From assembly GCA_038211425.1 (NCBI GenBank), contig JBBQVQ010000003.1, forward strand, positions 26,563 through 90,562: a stretch of 64,000 nucleotides of DNA, in the 5' to 3' direction. Source of the stretch: Candidatus Limnocylindria bacterium (GTDB lineage Bacteria > Chloroflexota > Limnocylindria > P2-11E). The first letter of the stretch is position 1, and each line of letters opens with the position of its first letter. Under the pieces are notes generated by a model. The model made no database searches and was not told the DNA's origin. It worked only from the letters and a program-made list of their open reading frames with translations. This document shows positions 38,256 through 49,652 of the stretch, piece after piece. A program made the position numbers and the translations under genes.

Positions 38256-38909
38256 CTACCTGTAGGCGCCGCGCATATCCGCCGGCAGAAGCGCGGCGAT
38301 GCGGCGCATCACCGCGTCTGCCACGGGCCCGCGGTCGCGGCCGGCCGATTCGGGAAGGTCGGTCAGCCGGAAGGGCTCTCCCACCCGGATGGTGATGTCG
38401 CGGCGCCAGAATCGCCCGAGCCTCGCGCGTTCGGACCCCGTGATCGCGAGCGGGACGAGCGGTGCCGCCGAGCGCCGCGCCAGGAGGACGATGCCCGGGT
38501 GCGCGCGCAGGAGCGCGGCGTTCGGGCTGCGGTGGCCCTCGGGAAAGAAGCCGACGGAATGGCCCGCGGCCAGCACGCGCAGCGCCGTCGCCATGGCCTC
38601 GCGGTCGGCCTCCCCACGGCGCACCGGGAAGCAGCCGATCGCCCGCAGCAGGAAGCCGAGGACCGGGATCTGGAAGAGCTCGTACTTGGCCATGAAGCGG
38701 ACCGCCCGGCCGAGGGCGAACTCGATCCAAGGCGGATCCATCCAGCTGATGTGGTTCGCGATGAGGATGAAGCCGCCTTCGCGCGGAAGGCGCTCCGCGC
38801 CCACGAAGCGCACCGGCGCGAGGAAGAGCGCGAGCGCCCGGACCGGCGGGTACAGGAGGCGCCACAGCCAGAGCCGGCGTTCCGGCCACTCCGGCGCGCC
38901 GACCCTCAC
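38256..38909 (-). CDS. plsC: 1-acyl-sn-glycerol-3-phosphate acyltransferase
   Basis: HxxxxD motif (IANHISWMD) and an FPEG motif. Confidence 0.8.
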   Translation of the reverse strand: MRVGAPEWPERRLWLWRLLYPPVRALALFLAPVRFVGAERLPREGGFILIANHISWMDPPWIEFALGRAVRFMAKYELFQIPVLGFLLRAIGCFPVRRGEADREAMATALRVLAAGHSVGFFPEGHRSPNAALLRAHPGIVLLARRSAAPLVPLAITGSERARLGRFWRRDITIRVGEPFRLTDLPESAGRDRGPVADAVMRRIAALLPADMRGAYR

Positions 38910-39595
38910 GCCGGCGGCGACGGCCTGGTGACGATCTCGAGCACGCGGTCCAGGCCCTGGCCCACGGCGAGCCCGTCGGTCTGGACGACGACCGCGTCGG
39001 CCGCCGCCTTGAGTGGCGCGACGGTCCTTTCGCTGTCGAGCTGATCGCGCCGCAGGATCTCGTGCAGCAGCTCCTGGCGCGGCCGCCTCTGTCCGCGCTC
39101 CGCCAGCTCCTCCTCGCGTCGTTTCGCGCGTTCCGCGGCCGACGCCGTCAGGAAGATCTTTCGGTCCGCCTCGGGCAGCACGACGGTGCCGATGTCGCGT
39201 CCGACCATCACCACGCGGCCCCTCGAGGCGAGGGCTCGCTGTTGCTCGACCATGCGGTCGCGGACAGCCGGGATCCGCGCCACCTGCGACACGCAGCCGT
39301 CCACCTCGGCCGAACGGATCGCCCAGGTGACGTCGTCGCCATCGAGAAGCACGGTGTAGGTGCGTCCGTCGCGCACCGTCGGCGGTCCGACGGTTATCCG
39401 CACGTCCCGCGCGAGGTCGGCCAAGCGGGCACCGTCGTCCGGATCGATGCCCTTCCGCATCGCCGCGAGCGCGACAGCGCGGTACATCGCCCCGGTGTCG
39501 AGGAACAGGTATCCCAGCCGCTCGGCCACGAGCGCCCCGATCGTGCTCTTGCCCGCGCCGGCCGGCCCGTCGATCGCGATCGTGCGGGGCCTCAC
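38906..39595 (-). CDS. cmk: cytidylate kinase
   Basis: GTG ~39595 (VRPRTIAIDGPAGAGKSTIG) overlaps the rluB stop. The N-terminal 67 aa of the track ORF are an Arg-rich shadow. Confidence 0.85.
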   Translation of the reverse strand: MRPRTIAIDGPAGAGKSTIGALVAERLGYLFLDTGAMYRAVALAAMRKGIDPDDGARLADLARDVRITVGPPTVRDGRTYTVLLDGDDVTWAIRSAEVDGCVSQVARIPAVRDRMVEQQRALASRGRVVMVGRDIGTVVLPEADRKIFLTASAAERAKRREEELAERGQRRPRQELLHEILRRDQLDSERTVAPLKAAADAVVVQTDGLAVGQGLDRVLEIVTRPSPPA

Positions 39596-40371
39596 GCTCC
39601 GGACGCCTTGGCGCCGCGGTCCGCCGGCCGCGCTTTTGACCCGCGCGGCGGATCGGCGCCGGAGGGCGCCGCTGCGAGCGCCCGCACCTCGCGCGGCGTC
39701 AGCTCCCGCGACGCGCCGGGCGCGAGGCCACCGAGCGTGAGCGGCCCCAGGCGGACGCGCCGCAGCCGCACCACCCGGATGCCGACGGCCGCGCACATGC
39801 GCCGGACCTGCCGCTTCCAGCCGGTGCGCAGGACGATGCGCAGGACCCCACCGCGCGGGCTTCGCCTGACGAGGCGCGCCCCTGCGGCGCGGGCGAGCCC
39901 CTCCTCGAGACGGACTCCCTCGCGCAGCGCGGCGACCATGGAGAGGGAGGCGTCACCGGCGACGTAGACCTCGTACTCGCGCTCGTGCCCGTACCGCGGG
40001 TGGAGCACCCGCTGGGCCCAATCGCCGTCGTTCGTGAGCAGGAGCAGACCCTCGGAAGCCGCGTCGAGGCGTCCCACCGGATACAGGCGCTCGCGCGCTC
40101 CGACCACGCCGACCACGGTCGCGCGCCCCCGCTCGTCGCGCGCGGTCGCGACGATCCCGCGCGGCTTGTTCAGCAGCACATATCGGCGGCCGACCGGCGG
40201 TGGGACACGCTTGCCGTCGACCTCGAGCGTCGCTCCGGGCGCGACACGCGTGCCCTGCTCCCGCACGACCTCCCCGTCGATGCGCACGCGCCCCTGCGCG
40301 ACGAGCGTCTCGGCCTTGCGGCGCGACGCGACGCCACGCGCCGCGAGCACCTTCTGGACGCGGACGCCCAA
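39592..40371 (-). CDS. rluB: rRNA pseudouridine synthase (RluB/RsuA family) with S4 domain
   Basis: S4 domain (RVQKVLAARGVASRRKAETLVAQGRVRIDG) and catalytic motif (YPVGRLDAASEGLLLLTND). Confidence 0.85.
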   Translation of the reverse strand: MGVRVQKVLAARGVASRRKAETLVAQGRVRIDGEVVREQGTRVAPGATLEVDGKRVPPPVGRRYVLLNKPRGIVATARDERGRATVVGVVGARERLYPVGRLDAASEGLLLLTNDGDWAQRVLHPRYGHEREYEVYVAGDASLSMVAALREGVRLEEGLARAAGARLVRRSPRGGVLRIVLRTGWKRQVRRMCAAVGIRVVRLRRVRLGPLTLGGLAPGASRELTPREVRALAAAPSGADPPRGSKARPADRGAKASGA

Positions 40372-40391
40372 CGGGTCGACCTTCGGGGCGG

Positions 40392-40922
40392 TCAGGGCGC
40401 CGCCTCACTCGTCGCCGGCGCCGGCTCGGCGACCTCGCCCTCCGGGCTTAGCGCGCGGGGCAGCTCGTCGAGGCTGCCGAGACCGAAGCACTCGAGGAAT
40501 TCCCACGTCGTGCCGTAGATGATCGGCCGCCCCGGCGCCTCGCGGCGGCCACGCTCCTCGATCAGCCGGCGCGACGCGAGCGTGTAGATCGTCTGATCGC
40601 AGTTGACTCCGCGGATGGCCTCGACCTCCGCACGCGTCGCAGGCTGGCGATACGCGACCACCGCGAGGGTCTCGAGGGCGGCTGGCGAGAGGCGCAGCCG
40701 GTCGGCGCCGAGGTACGCCGCGACGGCCGCCGCCGCCTCGGGTGCGGTCACGATCCGGCAGTCGTCGCCGTCGCGCTGCAGCCGGAGGCCCGTGCCGGCG
40801 TACGACTCCTCGAGCTCCGCGAGCGCGGCGTCAACGGCCTTCGGCGGCTCGCTCACCGCTCGCGCGAGCTCGCCGCGCGCGACCGGCTTCTCCGCGACGA
40901 ACAGGACGGCCTCCACCTTCAA
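40392..40922 (-). CDS. scpB: segregation and condensation protein B
   Basis: 176 aa with ScpB winged-helix repeats. Confidence 0.8.
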   Translation of the reverse strand: MKVEAVLFVAEKPVARGELARAVSEPPKAVDAALAELEESYAGTGLRLQRDGDDCRIVTAPEAAAAVAAYLGADRLRLSPAALETLAVVAYRQPATRAEVEAIRGVNCDQTIYTLASRRLIEERGRREAPGRPIIYGTTWEFLECFGLGSLDELPRALSPEGEVAEPAPATSEAAP

Positions 40923-40948
40923 CGCTGTGGGCGACCGCGGCTGCTGAT

Positions 40949-41680
40949 CTACGAACCGGCCCTTCTTTCCTTCGCGGTCACGACGATCTCGCCGAACAGC
41001 TCGTCCTGGTCGATCTCGGCGACGAGCCTTCGGTGAAGGTCGAGAAGTGCGATGAACGTCACGATAGCGAAGCCCAGGGTCGGCCTGCCGCCCAGGAGCT
41101 CGCTGAACGTGACGCGGCCGCGCTCGGCGAGGAGGCTCCGGATCTCGGCGGTCCGATCCTCCACCGAGTAGCGCTCGCCAGGGGCCGCGACCTCCTCGGC
41201 GGGCTCCCTGACCACGAGCGCGAGCACCTTCGCCCAGGCCGCCGCGAGCGCTCCGGTGCTGCCGCCGCGCGGAGGCAGCTCCACCGTCCCTCCTTCACGG
41301 TGGAACGCGCGCTCTCCCGCGCGCAGGCGATCGCCCAGAAGGGTGGCGCGCTCGCGGACCGCGGCGTACTCGATGAGCCGCGATCGCAGCTCCTCCTCGC
41401 TCTCCTCCGGCGACTCATGCGCCGCCGTCTCGAGCGATGGCAGGAGGCTTCGCGCCTTCAGCAGCACGAGCCGGGACGCGAGGTGCAGGAACGCGGCGAC
41501 CTCCTCCGCGGGCAGCGCGCCCTGTGCGCGCACCCGGGCGAGGTAGTCGTCCGCGAGGAGCGCCAGCCGCACCGTCTGGATGTCCAGGCGCTTTTCCAGG
41601 GCGAGCTCGAGGAGGAGATCGAGCGGGCCATCGAAGCCGTCGACCGTGACGTGCGGCGACTCGGGCCCGATCAGCGCGCG
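40949..41680 (-). CDS. scpA: segregation and condensation protein A
   Basis: The track ORF runs to 41779 but would overlap the upstream HD gene by 50 nt. The ScpA-like sequence begins around FDGPLDLLLELALEKRLDI, and the start was placed ~41680 by length (~244 aa) and to avoid a 50-nt overlap with the HD gene (end 41730); the start codon there was not verified and is approximate. Confidence 0.7.
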   Translation of the reverse strand, partial: RALIGPESPHVTVDGFDGPLDLLLELALEKRLDIQTVRLALLADDYLARVRAQGALPAEEVAAFLHLASRLVLLKARSLLPSLETAAHESPEESEEELRSRLIEYAAVRERATLLGDRLRAGERAFHREGGTVELPPRGGSTGALAAAWAKVLALVVREPAEEVAAPGERYSVEDRTAEIRSLLAERGRVTFSELLGGRPTLGFAIVTFIALLDLHRRLVAEIDQDELFGEIVVTAKERRAGS

Positions 41681-41729
41681 GCCTCCTTCAGCGGCGTTCC
41701 GGCGAGCACCGAAAACTCGCCGTCTGCGG

Positions 41730-42098
41730 TCAGGGGGTCGCCTCGCGGTCGGCGCGCTCGAGCAGCCTTTCGTCGGCATCGCCGGGCGCCTCGTGATGGC
41801 GGGCGATCAGCCGCGTCACCCGCGGCGACGCACCGCCGCGTGCGGCGAGGGCGGCTCCGCGCCGAGCGTGATCGAGGTACCGCGCGAACCGGTGGTCGCC
41901 CTGTGCCAGTCGCGCGCGCACGTGTGGAGCGAAGCGCGCGAGCAGGACGCCCGCGACGCGGTGCCAAAGGCGCGTGTCGCGGGGCTTGGCGATGTCGTGG
42001 AGCTCTCCCGCGAGCACGAGCTCGTCGTCCGCGCCGAGAGCGCGGAGGATCTCGGCCGTCCGCGACGCGTGCCGCTCGTCGCCGTCGCGGCTGGTCAT
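41730..42098 (-). CDS. HD-domain protein (small metal-dependent phosphohydrolase-like)
   Basis: Internal ATG ~42098. HD motif ELHDIAKP and a C-terminal HH pair. Confidence 0.6.
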   Translation of the reverse strand: MTSRDGDERHASRTAEILRALGADDELVLAGELHDIAKPRDTRLWHRVAGVLLARFAPHVRARLAQGDHRFARYLDHARRGAALAARGGASPRVTRLIARHHEAPGDADERLLERADREATP

Positions 42099-42133
42099 GA
42101 AACGCCAGGTCTGCCGGGCGCGCGCGAGCGCGC

Positions 42134-42886
42134 TCAGAAGGCGAGGCCGCCCGAACCGAGCAGGAGGCGCACGAGCGCGGCCGCGGGCGTCTGCACGAGC
42201 GGTCCGAGCACGTTGATCCCCATCGAGGGCAGAAGGAACAGGACCGCCAGAAGGATGAACGGACCGTACTGCTCGTAGGTCCTCCACGAGTACTGCTGGC
42301 GCGGCGGCAGGAGGCCGTACACGACGCGCGATCCATCGAGTGGCGGTATCGGTATCAGGTTGAACACGAACAGCAGGCAGTTGTAGACCACGATGCTGCT
42401 CAGGACGATCGTGTACGTGCCGCCGACGACGTCGGTCGTCCCGAAGCGCAGCGGTATGGCACAGATCGTCGCAAGGACGAGATTCGTGACGGGTCCTGCG
42501 AGCGAGACGGCGCTGATCGAAAAGCTGCCACGCAGGCGCGCCTCGTTGACCGGCACCGGCTTGCCGTACCCGAAACGTACGAGCAGCAGGAACAACGAGC
42601 CCAGCAGGTCGAGATGCGCCAGCGGGTTCAGCGTCATGCGCCCGAGCAGCCGCGCGGTGTCGTCGCCGAGGCGGTGGGCAACGTAGGCGTGCATGAACTC
42701 GTGGACCGTGATCCCTAGGACGACCGCGACGATGAAGCTCCAGAAGTGGATGGGGTCGTTGACCGCCTGCGACAGGATCGCCTCGACACTCCTGATGTTG
42801 AAGAGCAGCAGTACGACGAAGAGGATCAGGATCGGGTTGCCGCCGAACGGGCCGCGGGCGCCTCGGGCGATCATGCGCAGAGCCAC
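42134..42886 (-). CDS. site-2 protease family (M50) zinc metalloprotease
   Basis: Polytopic, with HEFMH (HExxH) in a TM helix and a later LDG motif. Confidence 0.8.
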   Translation of the reverse strand: MALRMIARGARGPFGGNPILILFVVLLLFNIRSVEAILSQAVNDPIHFWSFIVAVVLGITVHEFMHAYVAHRLGDDTARLLGRMTLNPLAHLDLLGSLFLLLVRFGYGKPVPVNEARLRGSFSISAVSLAGPVTNLVLATICAIPLRFGTTDVVGGTYTIVLSSIVVYNCLLFVFNLIPIPPLDGSRVVYGLLPPRQQYSWRTYEQYGPFILLAVLFLLPSMGINVLGPLVQTPAAALVRLLLGSGGLAF

Positions 42887-42971
42887 CGCCGCCTCGCGCC
42901 GCGGGCAGCGGCGGCGGATCGGCCGCGAAGAGAGCTCATCACTGAGAACCCGAGTCTATTGGCCGTGGACG

Positions 42972-44278
<1,307 letters not shown>

Positions 44279-44283
<5 letters not shown>

Positions 44284-45079
44284 TGCCCGCGACCACGCCT
44301 TTCACGAGCTCTCCGAGTCGGCGTCCGGCGCGGTTCGCGACCTCGATCACGGCCTCGGCGGTGACGTGTTCCGGGCGGTCCCCGAGGGCCATGTCCGTGA
44401 CCGTGGCGATCGCGAGGATCCGCATGCCCATGTGCCGCGCGACCAGCACCTCCGGGACGGTGCTCATGCCGACGGCGTCCGCGCCCCAGGCGCGCAGCAT
44501 GCGCAGCTCGGCCGGCGTCTCGTAGTTCGGGCCCGGCACCGCGACATACACGCCTTCGCGCAGATCGCTGTCCACGCTCTTCGCGAGCGAACGCAGGTCC
44601 TCGGTGTACGTGCCGAGCATGTCGACGAACCGCGGACCGAGAGAGTCGTCGTTGGCTCCGCGCAGCGGGTTGTCCGGCATGAAGTTGATGTGGTCGGCGA
44701 CGAGCATCAGGTCGCCCGCGGCGAACGCGGGGTTCAAGCCGCCGCACGCGTTCGTCAACACGAGCGTCTCGATGCCCCATGCGCGCATGACCCGCACCGG
44801 GAACGTCACCGCTCGCATGTCGTAGCCCTCGTACCAGTGAAGGCGGCCCTTCATGACCGCGACGACCCTTCCCGCGACGCTTCCGACGACCAGCTCGCCC
44901 GCGTGGCCGGGGGCCGTGCTGCGCTGCCAGCCGGGGATGTCTCCGTACGGAATGCGGACCGCTTCCACCACCTCGTCCGCGAACGCCCCCAGCCCGGAGC
45001 CGAGGACGATCCCGGCGACCGGCGCGGCCTTGGTTCTCGCGCGGATGGCCTCCACCGCGGGTCCCGTATCGAGTGACAT
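44279..45079 (-). CDS. punA: purine nucleoside phosphorylase (PNP family 2)
   Basis: 266 aa with motifs VLGSGLG and GMSTVPEV. Confidence 0.85.
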
Positions 45080-45904
45080 TCAGTTCCCTTCCTTGAGGAT
45101 CTTCTGCCGCAGGAGCGTGAGGAACGGGGGCATCGTCGCCGTACGCACGAAGCGCGCCACTGTGGCCGAGCGGCCAACGTCGATCCGGTCCCCGATGCGC
45201 AGCGCGTGCTCCTCCTGGCCGTCGCACGATAGGCGAGCGGGCTCATCGAGAACACCGAACGAGAGCATCTGGTCGCGCTCGAGGACGACGGCGTTCCCGA
45301 ACGACAGATGCGGGGCGATCGGCACCATCATGAAGGCACGCGAGTGCGGGAGGATCAGCGGTCCCCCGACCGAGAAGCCGTAGGCCGTACTTCCGGTGGC
45401 CGTGGCCACGATCAACCCGTCCGACCAGTAGACAGTGAACGGCTCGCCGTCGATGCGCACGTCGAGATGGATCGACCGGACGAATTCCCCGCGCGCCACC
45501 ACGACATCGTTGAGCGCGAGGACGTGCACCGCCTCCCTGTCACCGCGCCACAGCCGCGCATCGAGGAGCGTGCGGTCCTCGGTCTCATACCGCCCGGCGG
45601 CGACATCGACGATGGTGCGCTCGAACCCATCGACGGTCGTGCCGCTCAGGAAGCCGAGGCGCCCGAGATTGACGCCGAGCAGCGCGACGCCGAGCGGGGC
45701 GAGCGCGCGCGCGGCGCGGAGCATGGTCCCGTCGCCGCCGAAGACGCACGCCACGTCCGCATGACGCACCTCGTCCTCCAGCGCGCGCGAGTCGAGCGAG
45801 ACTGCGGCGACCTCGTGCCCGCCCGCGCGCAGGTACGCCGTTGCCGCCGCCGCCGCGCGCATCGCCGCGTCCCGGTCCGGGCGCGCGCAGACCGCGAACT
45901 TCAC
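45080..45904 (-). CDS. nadK: NAD(+) kinase
   Basis: GGDGT motif (VFGGDGTMLRAAR) and the NADK C-terminal domain. Confidence 0.85.
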   Translation of the reverse strand: MKFAVCARPDRDAAMRAAAAATAYLRAGGHEVAAVSLDSRALEDEVRHADVACVFGGDGTMLRAARALAPLGVALLGVNLGRLGFLSGTTVDGFERTIVDVAAGRYETEDRTLLDARLWRGDREAVHVLALNDVVVARGEFVRSIHLDVRIDGEPFTVYWSDGLIVATATGSTAYGFSVGGPLILPHSRAFMMVPIAPHLSFGNAVVLERDQMLSFGVLDEPARLSCDGQEEHALRIGDRIDVGRSATVARFVRTATMPPFLTLLRQKILKEGN

Positions 45905-46683
45905 CCGGCGGCGCGGTCCGCCGCGAGCAGCAGTGCAGCGGTGTCGAGGGCCGTCGCGCCCTTACGCGCGTGCAGGAAGATCTCCCGGTTCCCCTCGCGG
46001 CCCGCGAGGCGCGAGGGCGCGACCGCGACCGCGCCCACGCCATCGCGTGCGAAACGCTCCGCTACGGACACGACGCACGCGGCGCGAACAGGGGCTTCCC
46101 GCACTATGCCGCCGCTCCCGACGTTCTCGCGTCCCGCCTCGAACTGCGGCTTGACCAGCACGACCACGTCTCCGTCGTCCTTCAAGTGACGAAAGGACGG
46201 AGGCACGGCGAGGCCCAGCGAGATGAACGACACGTCGGCGACGATGAGGTCGACGGGCTCCGGCAGGTCGAACGGCTCGCGCGCGTTCACCCCCTCGCGG
46301 GACGACACGCGGGGATCGTTGCGCAGCTTCCAATCGAGCTGCCCGCGGCCCACATCGACCGCATGGACGCGGAGCGCACCACGCGCAAGGAGGCAGTCGG
46401 TGAAACCGCCCGTCGAGGCGCCGATGTCGAGGCAGACGCGGCCATACACATCGAGGCCAAGGTCCTCAAGCGCACCCTCCAGCTTCTCGCCCCCTCGCGA
46501 GACGTAGCGGCGGCCGGCATCGACCGTGAGCGCGGCCGTATCGTCGACGGGGGCCGCGGCGCGGTGCGCCGTTTCGCCATCGACCCGGACGACGCCCGCG
46601 AGGATCAGCGCCTGCGCGCGCTCGCGCGAGGGCGCCAGACCCTGCGCCACGAGAAGCCGATCGAGCCGTTCCCGCCTGGTCAC
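45901..46683 (-). CDS. tlyA: TlyA-family rRNA 2'-O-methyltransferase with S4 domain
   Basis: GTG ~46683 (RLDRLLVAQGLAPSRERAQALILAGVVRVDG) and the FtsJ-like motif (LDIGASTGGFTD). Confidence 0.8.
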   Translation of the reverse strand: MTRRERLDRLLVAQGLAPSRERAQALILAGVVRVDGETAHRAAAPVDDTAALTVDAGRRYVSRGGEKLEGALEDLGLDVYGRVCLDIGASTGGFTDCLLARGALRVHAVDVGRGQLDWKLRNDPRVSSREGVNAREPFDLPEPVDLIVADVSFISLGLAVPPSFRHLKDDGDVVVLVKPQFEAGRENVGSGGIVREAPVRAACVVSVAERFARDGVGAVAVAPSRLAGREGNREIFLHARKGATALDTAALLLAADRAAG

Positions 46684-46793
46684 GCGGCGATTATGGTGCG
46701 CATCCCCTCCGTGCCGGGCCGGTCCCGAGGCCTGCATCGTGCTTCTTCGGGGGGCGGGCGGGGACCACCAGCCGCACGTACACTGCCGCGGTC

Positions 46794-47678
46794 ATGCCAA
46801 AGCGGCTTCCGCGCGCGCGAACGCTCAAGGGCGATCCGAAGCTCGCGTACTACGACTCAGGGGGCGGCATGGCGGGTGAACCACCGGTACTGCTCCTTCA
46901 CGGGTCGACCATGCGCTCGGAGGATTGGGACAACATCTTCCCGCGCCTCGCGACGCGTTATCGCGTCGTCGCCTACGACGCGCGAGGCCACGGAAGGAGC
47001 GGCCGTTCCGCGAGTTACGACCTCGGCGGATTCGTCGCTGATGCGCGGCGCGTGGTGAATGAAGTGCTCGTGCGACCGGCCATCGTGGTCGGTCACTCGC
47101 TCGGAGGAGCCGTCGCGCTCGTCCTCGCGGCAGAGGCCCCCGAGCTGGTGCGTGGCGTCGTCCTCGAGGACCCGCTGCTCGGCCGCTTCGGCGCCGCCGG
47201 CGGCGCTGACTTCTTCCGCGCGCTGCGTAAGGCGCTGGACACTGCCGGAGACCCGGTGGCGTTCAAGGGCGCGGTGTCGCGCCTGCCACTGACGGACCCC
47301 GGGCTTCGGGGCGAGCGGACGGTCGGGGAGGTCCGGGGCTTCTACGCCCCTGAGCGCATGGCCTCCTACTTCGCGGCGATCGACCCGGCCTTCGCGGAGC
47401 ACATGGCGCGGACCGACGAGTCCGGCCGCACGGCCGTCGAGGCCGCCCTCGCCGCCCTGCGGGTCCCGGTGCTGCTACTGGCGGCGGATCCCCGGTACGG
47501 CACCCGACTCCAGGAGGGCGAGGCGGACCGCGTCGTCGGCGCCCTCCCGGATGCGCAGCTCATCCGATTCCCTGGTGTCGGACACCGCATCCACGGCGTC
47601 CGTCCTGAGCCGTTCCTCGAGGCGATCGAGCCGTTCCTGCGCCGCATCCGCACCACCGCCGCCGCGGCCACCGCCTGA
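46794..47678 (+). CDS. alpha/beta-fold hydrolase
   Basis: Motifs PVLLLHG and the nucleophile elbow GHSLGG. Confidence 0.8.
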   Translation: MPKRLPRARTLKGDPKLAYYDSGGGMAGEPPVLLLHGSTMRSEDWDNIFPRLATRYRVVAYDARGHGRSGRSASYDLGGFVADARRVVNEVLVRPAIVVGHSLGGAVALVLAAEAPELVRGVVLEDPLLGRFGAAGGADFFRALRKALDTAGDPVAFKGAVSRLPLTDPGLRGERTVGEVRGFYAPERMASYFAAIDPAFAEHMARTDESGRTAVEAALAALRVPVLLLAADPRYGTRLQEGEADRVVGALPDAQLIRFPGVGHRIHGVRPEPFLEAIEPFLRRIRTTAAAATA

Positions 47679-47836
47679 CGCGCGCTCCGCGGTGACCGAT
47701 CGGCGTTTTGCGCCGTGGTCGGCGCGGACGGCCGCGGAGTTTCGCACGCGCCTCGGCGCAGATGGCGCTCGAAGCCTGAGGCTTGCGGCGATGACGGGTG
47801 GTCATGCAGATGTGAATCCAGGGCTATCTTGGTGAC

Positions 47837-48100
47837 GTGACGCTCTATCGATCCCCCGCCGGCGAGGCCCACGTCTTCCGCGCGGATCCCGAGCAGCCAA
47901 AGCCGGGACGCGCCGCCCCCTGCATAGTCGATTGCCGGCCGAAGCCGGCGAGCCTGCAGAAGGCTCAGCGTCTCGCCGAGCCATACGTCTGGCTCGGCCA
48001 CGTGTTCGCCAACGCCGGGGACTGGCTGGTGTGGGACGTGCGCGGCGTCACCTCGGTCATGACAGATGAGGGGTTCAGGTCCGCCTTCGACCTCGTCTGA
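47837..48100 (+). CDS. hypothetical small protein (87 aa)
   Basis: Track ORF with good GC3 bias. No known domain. Confidence 0.4.
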   Translation: MTLYRSPAGEAHVFRADPEQPKPGRAAPCIVDCRPKPASLQKAQRLAEPYVWLGHVFANAGDWLVWDVRGVTSVMTDEGFRSAFDLV

Positions 48101-48136
48101 TATCGGGCGCAGCCGGGGCTTTCTTGGCAGGGCCCC

Positions 48137-48355
48137 TCACCTTGCCTGCGCCGCCAGCGCCATTCCCAGCTCGGTGATGCGAAGGTCCGCCGCGTCGAGC
48201 CGCTTGGCGCACTCCCCGTACAGGCGCAGCCCCTCCTCGTAGAGGCGCACGGCTTCGTCGAGGTCGAGCGCGGGGTCCTCCAGCCGATCGGCTATCGCCT
48301 CGAGCCGTCCCAGCGCGGTCTCGATCGAGGGTGTCGGCTCGGTCGTCTCACTCAT
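48137..48355 (-). CDS. xseB: exodeoxyribonuclease VII small subunit
   Basis: Internal ATG (MSETTEPTPSIETALGRLEAIADRLEDPALDLDEAVRLYEEG...). Confidence 0.8.
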   Translation of the reverse strand: MSETTEPTPSIETALGRLEAIADRLEDPALDLDEAVRLYEEGLRLYGECAKRLDAADLRITELGMALAAQAR

Positions 48356-48420
48356 GCCGGCGACCACCGCGTTCCCGCTCCTCGCTCGTATGCCGACGGT
48401 GCGCCCGGGGCGACATCCGC

Positions 48421-49596
48421 TCATCCATCGCGGGGCTCGATGTCGCTCACTATGGCGCGCGCGCGGCCGTCGCGCATGCGCAGCCCGACCGCCTCCCCGC
48501 GGTGCAGCGCTCCGACCGCGGTGCGGAGATGGCCGTCGTTGCCCTCGACGATGGCGTAGCCGCGGCCGAGCACGGCGAGCGGCGACAGCGCATCGAGACG
48601 CCCCCGCGCCGCAAGCGCCCGCGAGCGCCGCGCGGGAACCGCCCTCGACACCGCGCGGTCGAGCACGCGGCGGGCATCGTCGAGCTGCTGGCGCAGGGCA
48701 CCGACGCGCGCGGCGGGCGCGCGACGGTCGAGAAGACGGCGCGCTGCCTCGAGCCGCCGCTTACGGACGGCCACGGCGTCGCGCGCGTGCAGCTCGATCC
48801 GGCGCATGTGCCGCGTGGCCGCGACGCGGGTCCCGCTCGCGTCCGGCACGACGAGCTCCGCGGCGACCGACGGCGTCGGCGCGCGGACATCGGCCACCAG
48901 GTCAGCGAGCGTGACATCCGTCTCGTGGCCGATGCCGCTGCACACCGGACGAGGGAAGCGGCCGAGCGCGCGGACGAGCGCCTCATCGTTAAACGGCCAC
49001 AGGTCCTCGCTCGCGCCACCCCCGCGGGCGAGGATCACGACGTCGAGGTCCCGTACCTGAGCCAGCCCGTCGAGCGCCGCGATGATCGACTCGACGGCCC
49101 CCGCGCCCTGGACCTGCGCCGGCGCGAACACGAGCTCGACCCGCGGATCGCGCCGCGCGACCACGGTCTGGACGTCGCGCCAGGCAGCACCAGCTGCGCT
49201 CGTCACGACGCCGATAAGCCTGGGATGCGCGGGCAGCGGACGCTTTCGCTCGAGCGCGAAGATGCCCTCCGCCGAGAGGCGCCGCTTGACGGCCTCCAGC
49301 CGCAGGTGCGCATCGCCGGCCCCCGCGGGGCGCACGTCGTCACAGCGCAGCTGGTGCCGGCCCGCCCGCGGATACACCTCGAGATAACCGTGCGCGATCA
49401 CGCGCGCGCCGTCGCGTGGCAAGAGCGGTATGTTCGCGGCCTGCTGCCCGAAGAGCACGCACGAGAGCTGCCCCACGTTGTCGCGCAGCGTGAAGTACAC
49501 ATGCCCTGCGGCCGAGACGGACGACTGGCTGACCTCCCCCTCGATCCAGAGGTCCTTGAAGTCAGGCGTGGCCTGTAGCCGTTCGGCGATCCGCAC
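48421..49596 (-). CDS. xseA: exodeoxyribonuclease VII large subunit
   Basis: 391 aa with an OB-fold N-terminus and the catalytic domain (GEVSQSS...; RGGGASEDLWPFNDE). Confidence 0.85.
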   Translation of the reverse strand: MRIAERLQATPDFKDLWIEGEVSQSSVSAAGHVYFTLRDNVGQLSCVLFGQQAANIPLLPRDGARVIAHGYLEVYPRAGRHQLRCDDVRPAGAGDAHLRLEAVKRRLSAEGIFALERKRPLPAHPRLIGVVTSAAGAAWRDVQTVVARRDPRVELVFAPAQVQGAGAVESIIAALDGLAQVRDLDVVILARGGGASEDLWPFNDEALVRALGRFPRPVCSGIGHETDVTLADLVADVRAPTPSVAAELVVPDASGTRVAATRHMRRIELHARDAVAVRKRRLEAARRLLDRRAPAARVGALRQQLDDARRVLDRAVSRAVPARRSRALAARGRLDALSPLAVLGRGYAIVEGNDGHLRTAVGALHRGEAVGLRMRDGRARAIVSDIEPRDG

Positions 49597-49652
49597 GGTC
49601 AGCTGACCGACGCTCAGGACGCGCTCGGGACGCCACTCTGGCGCCGCGGCGA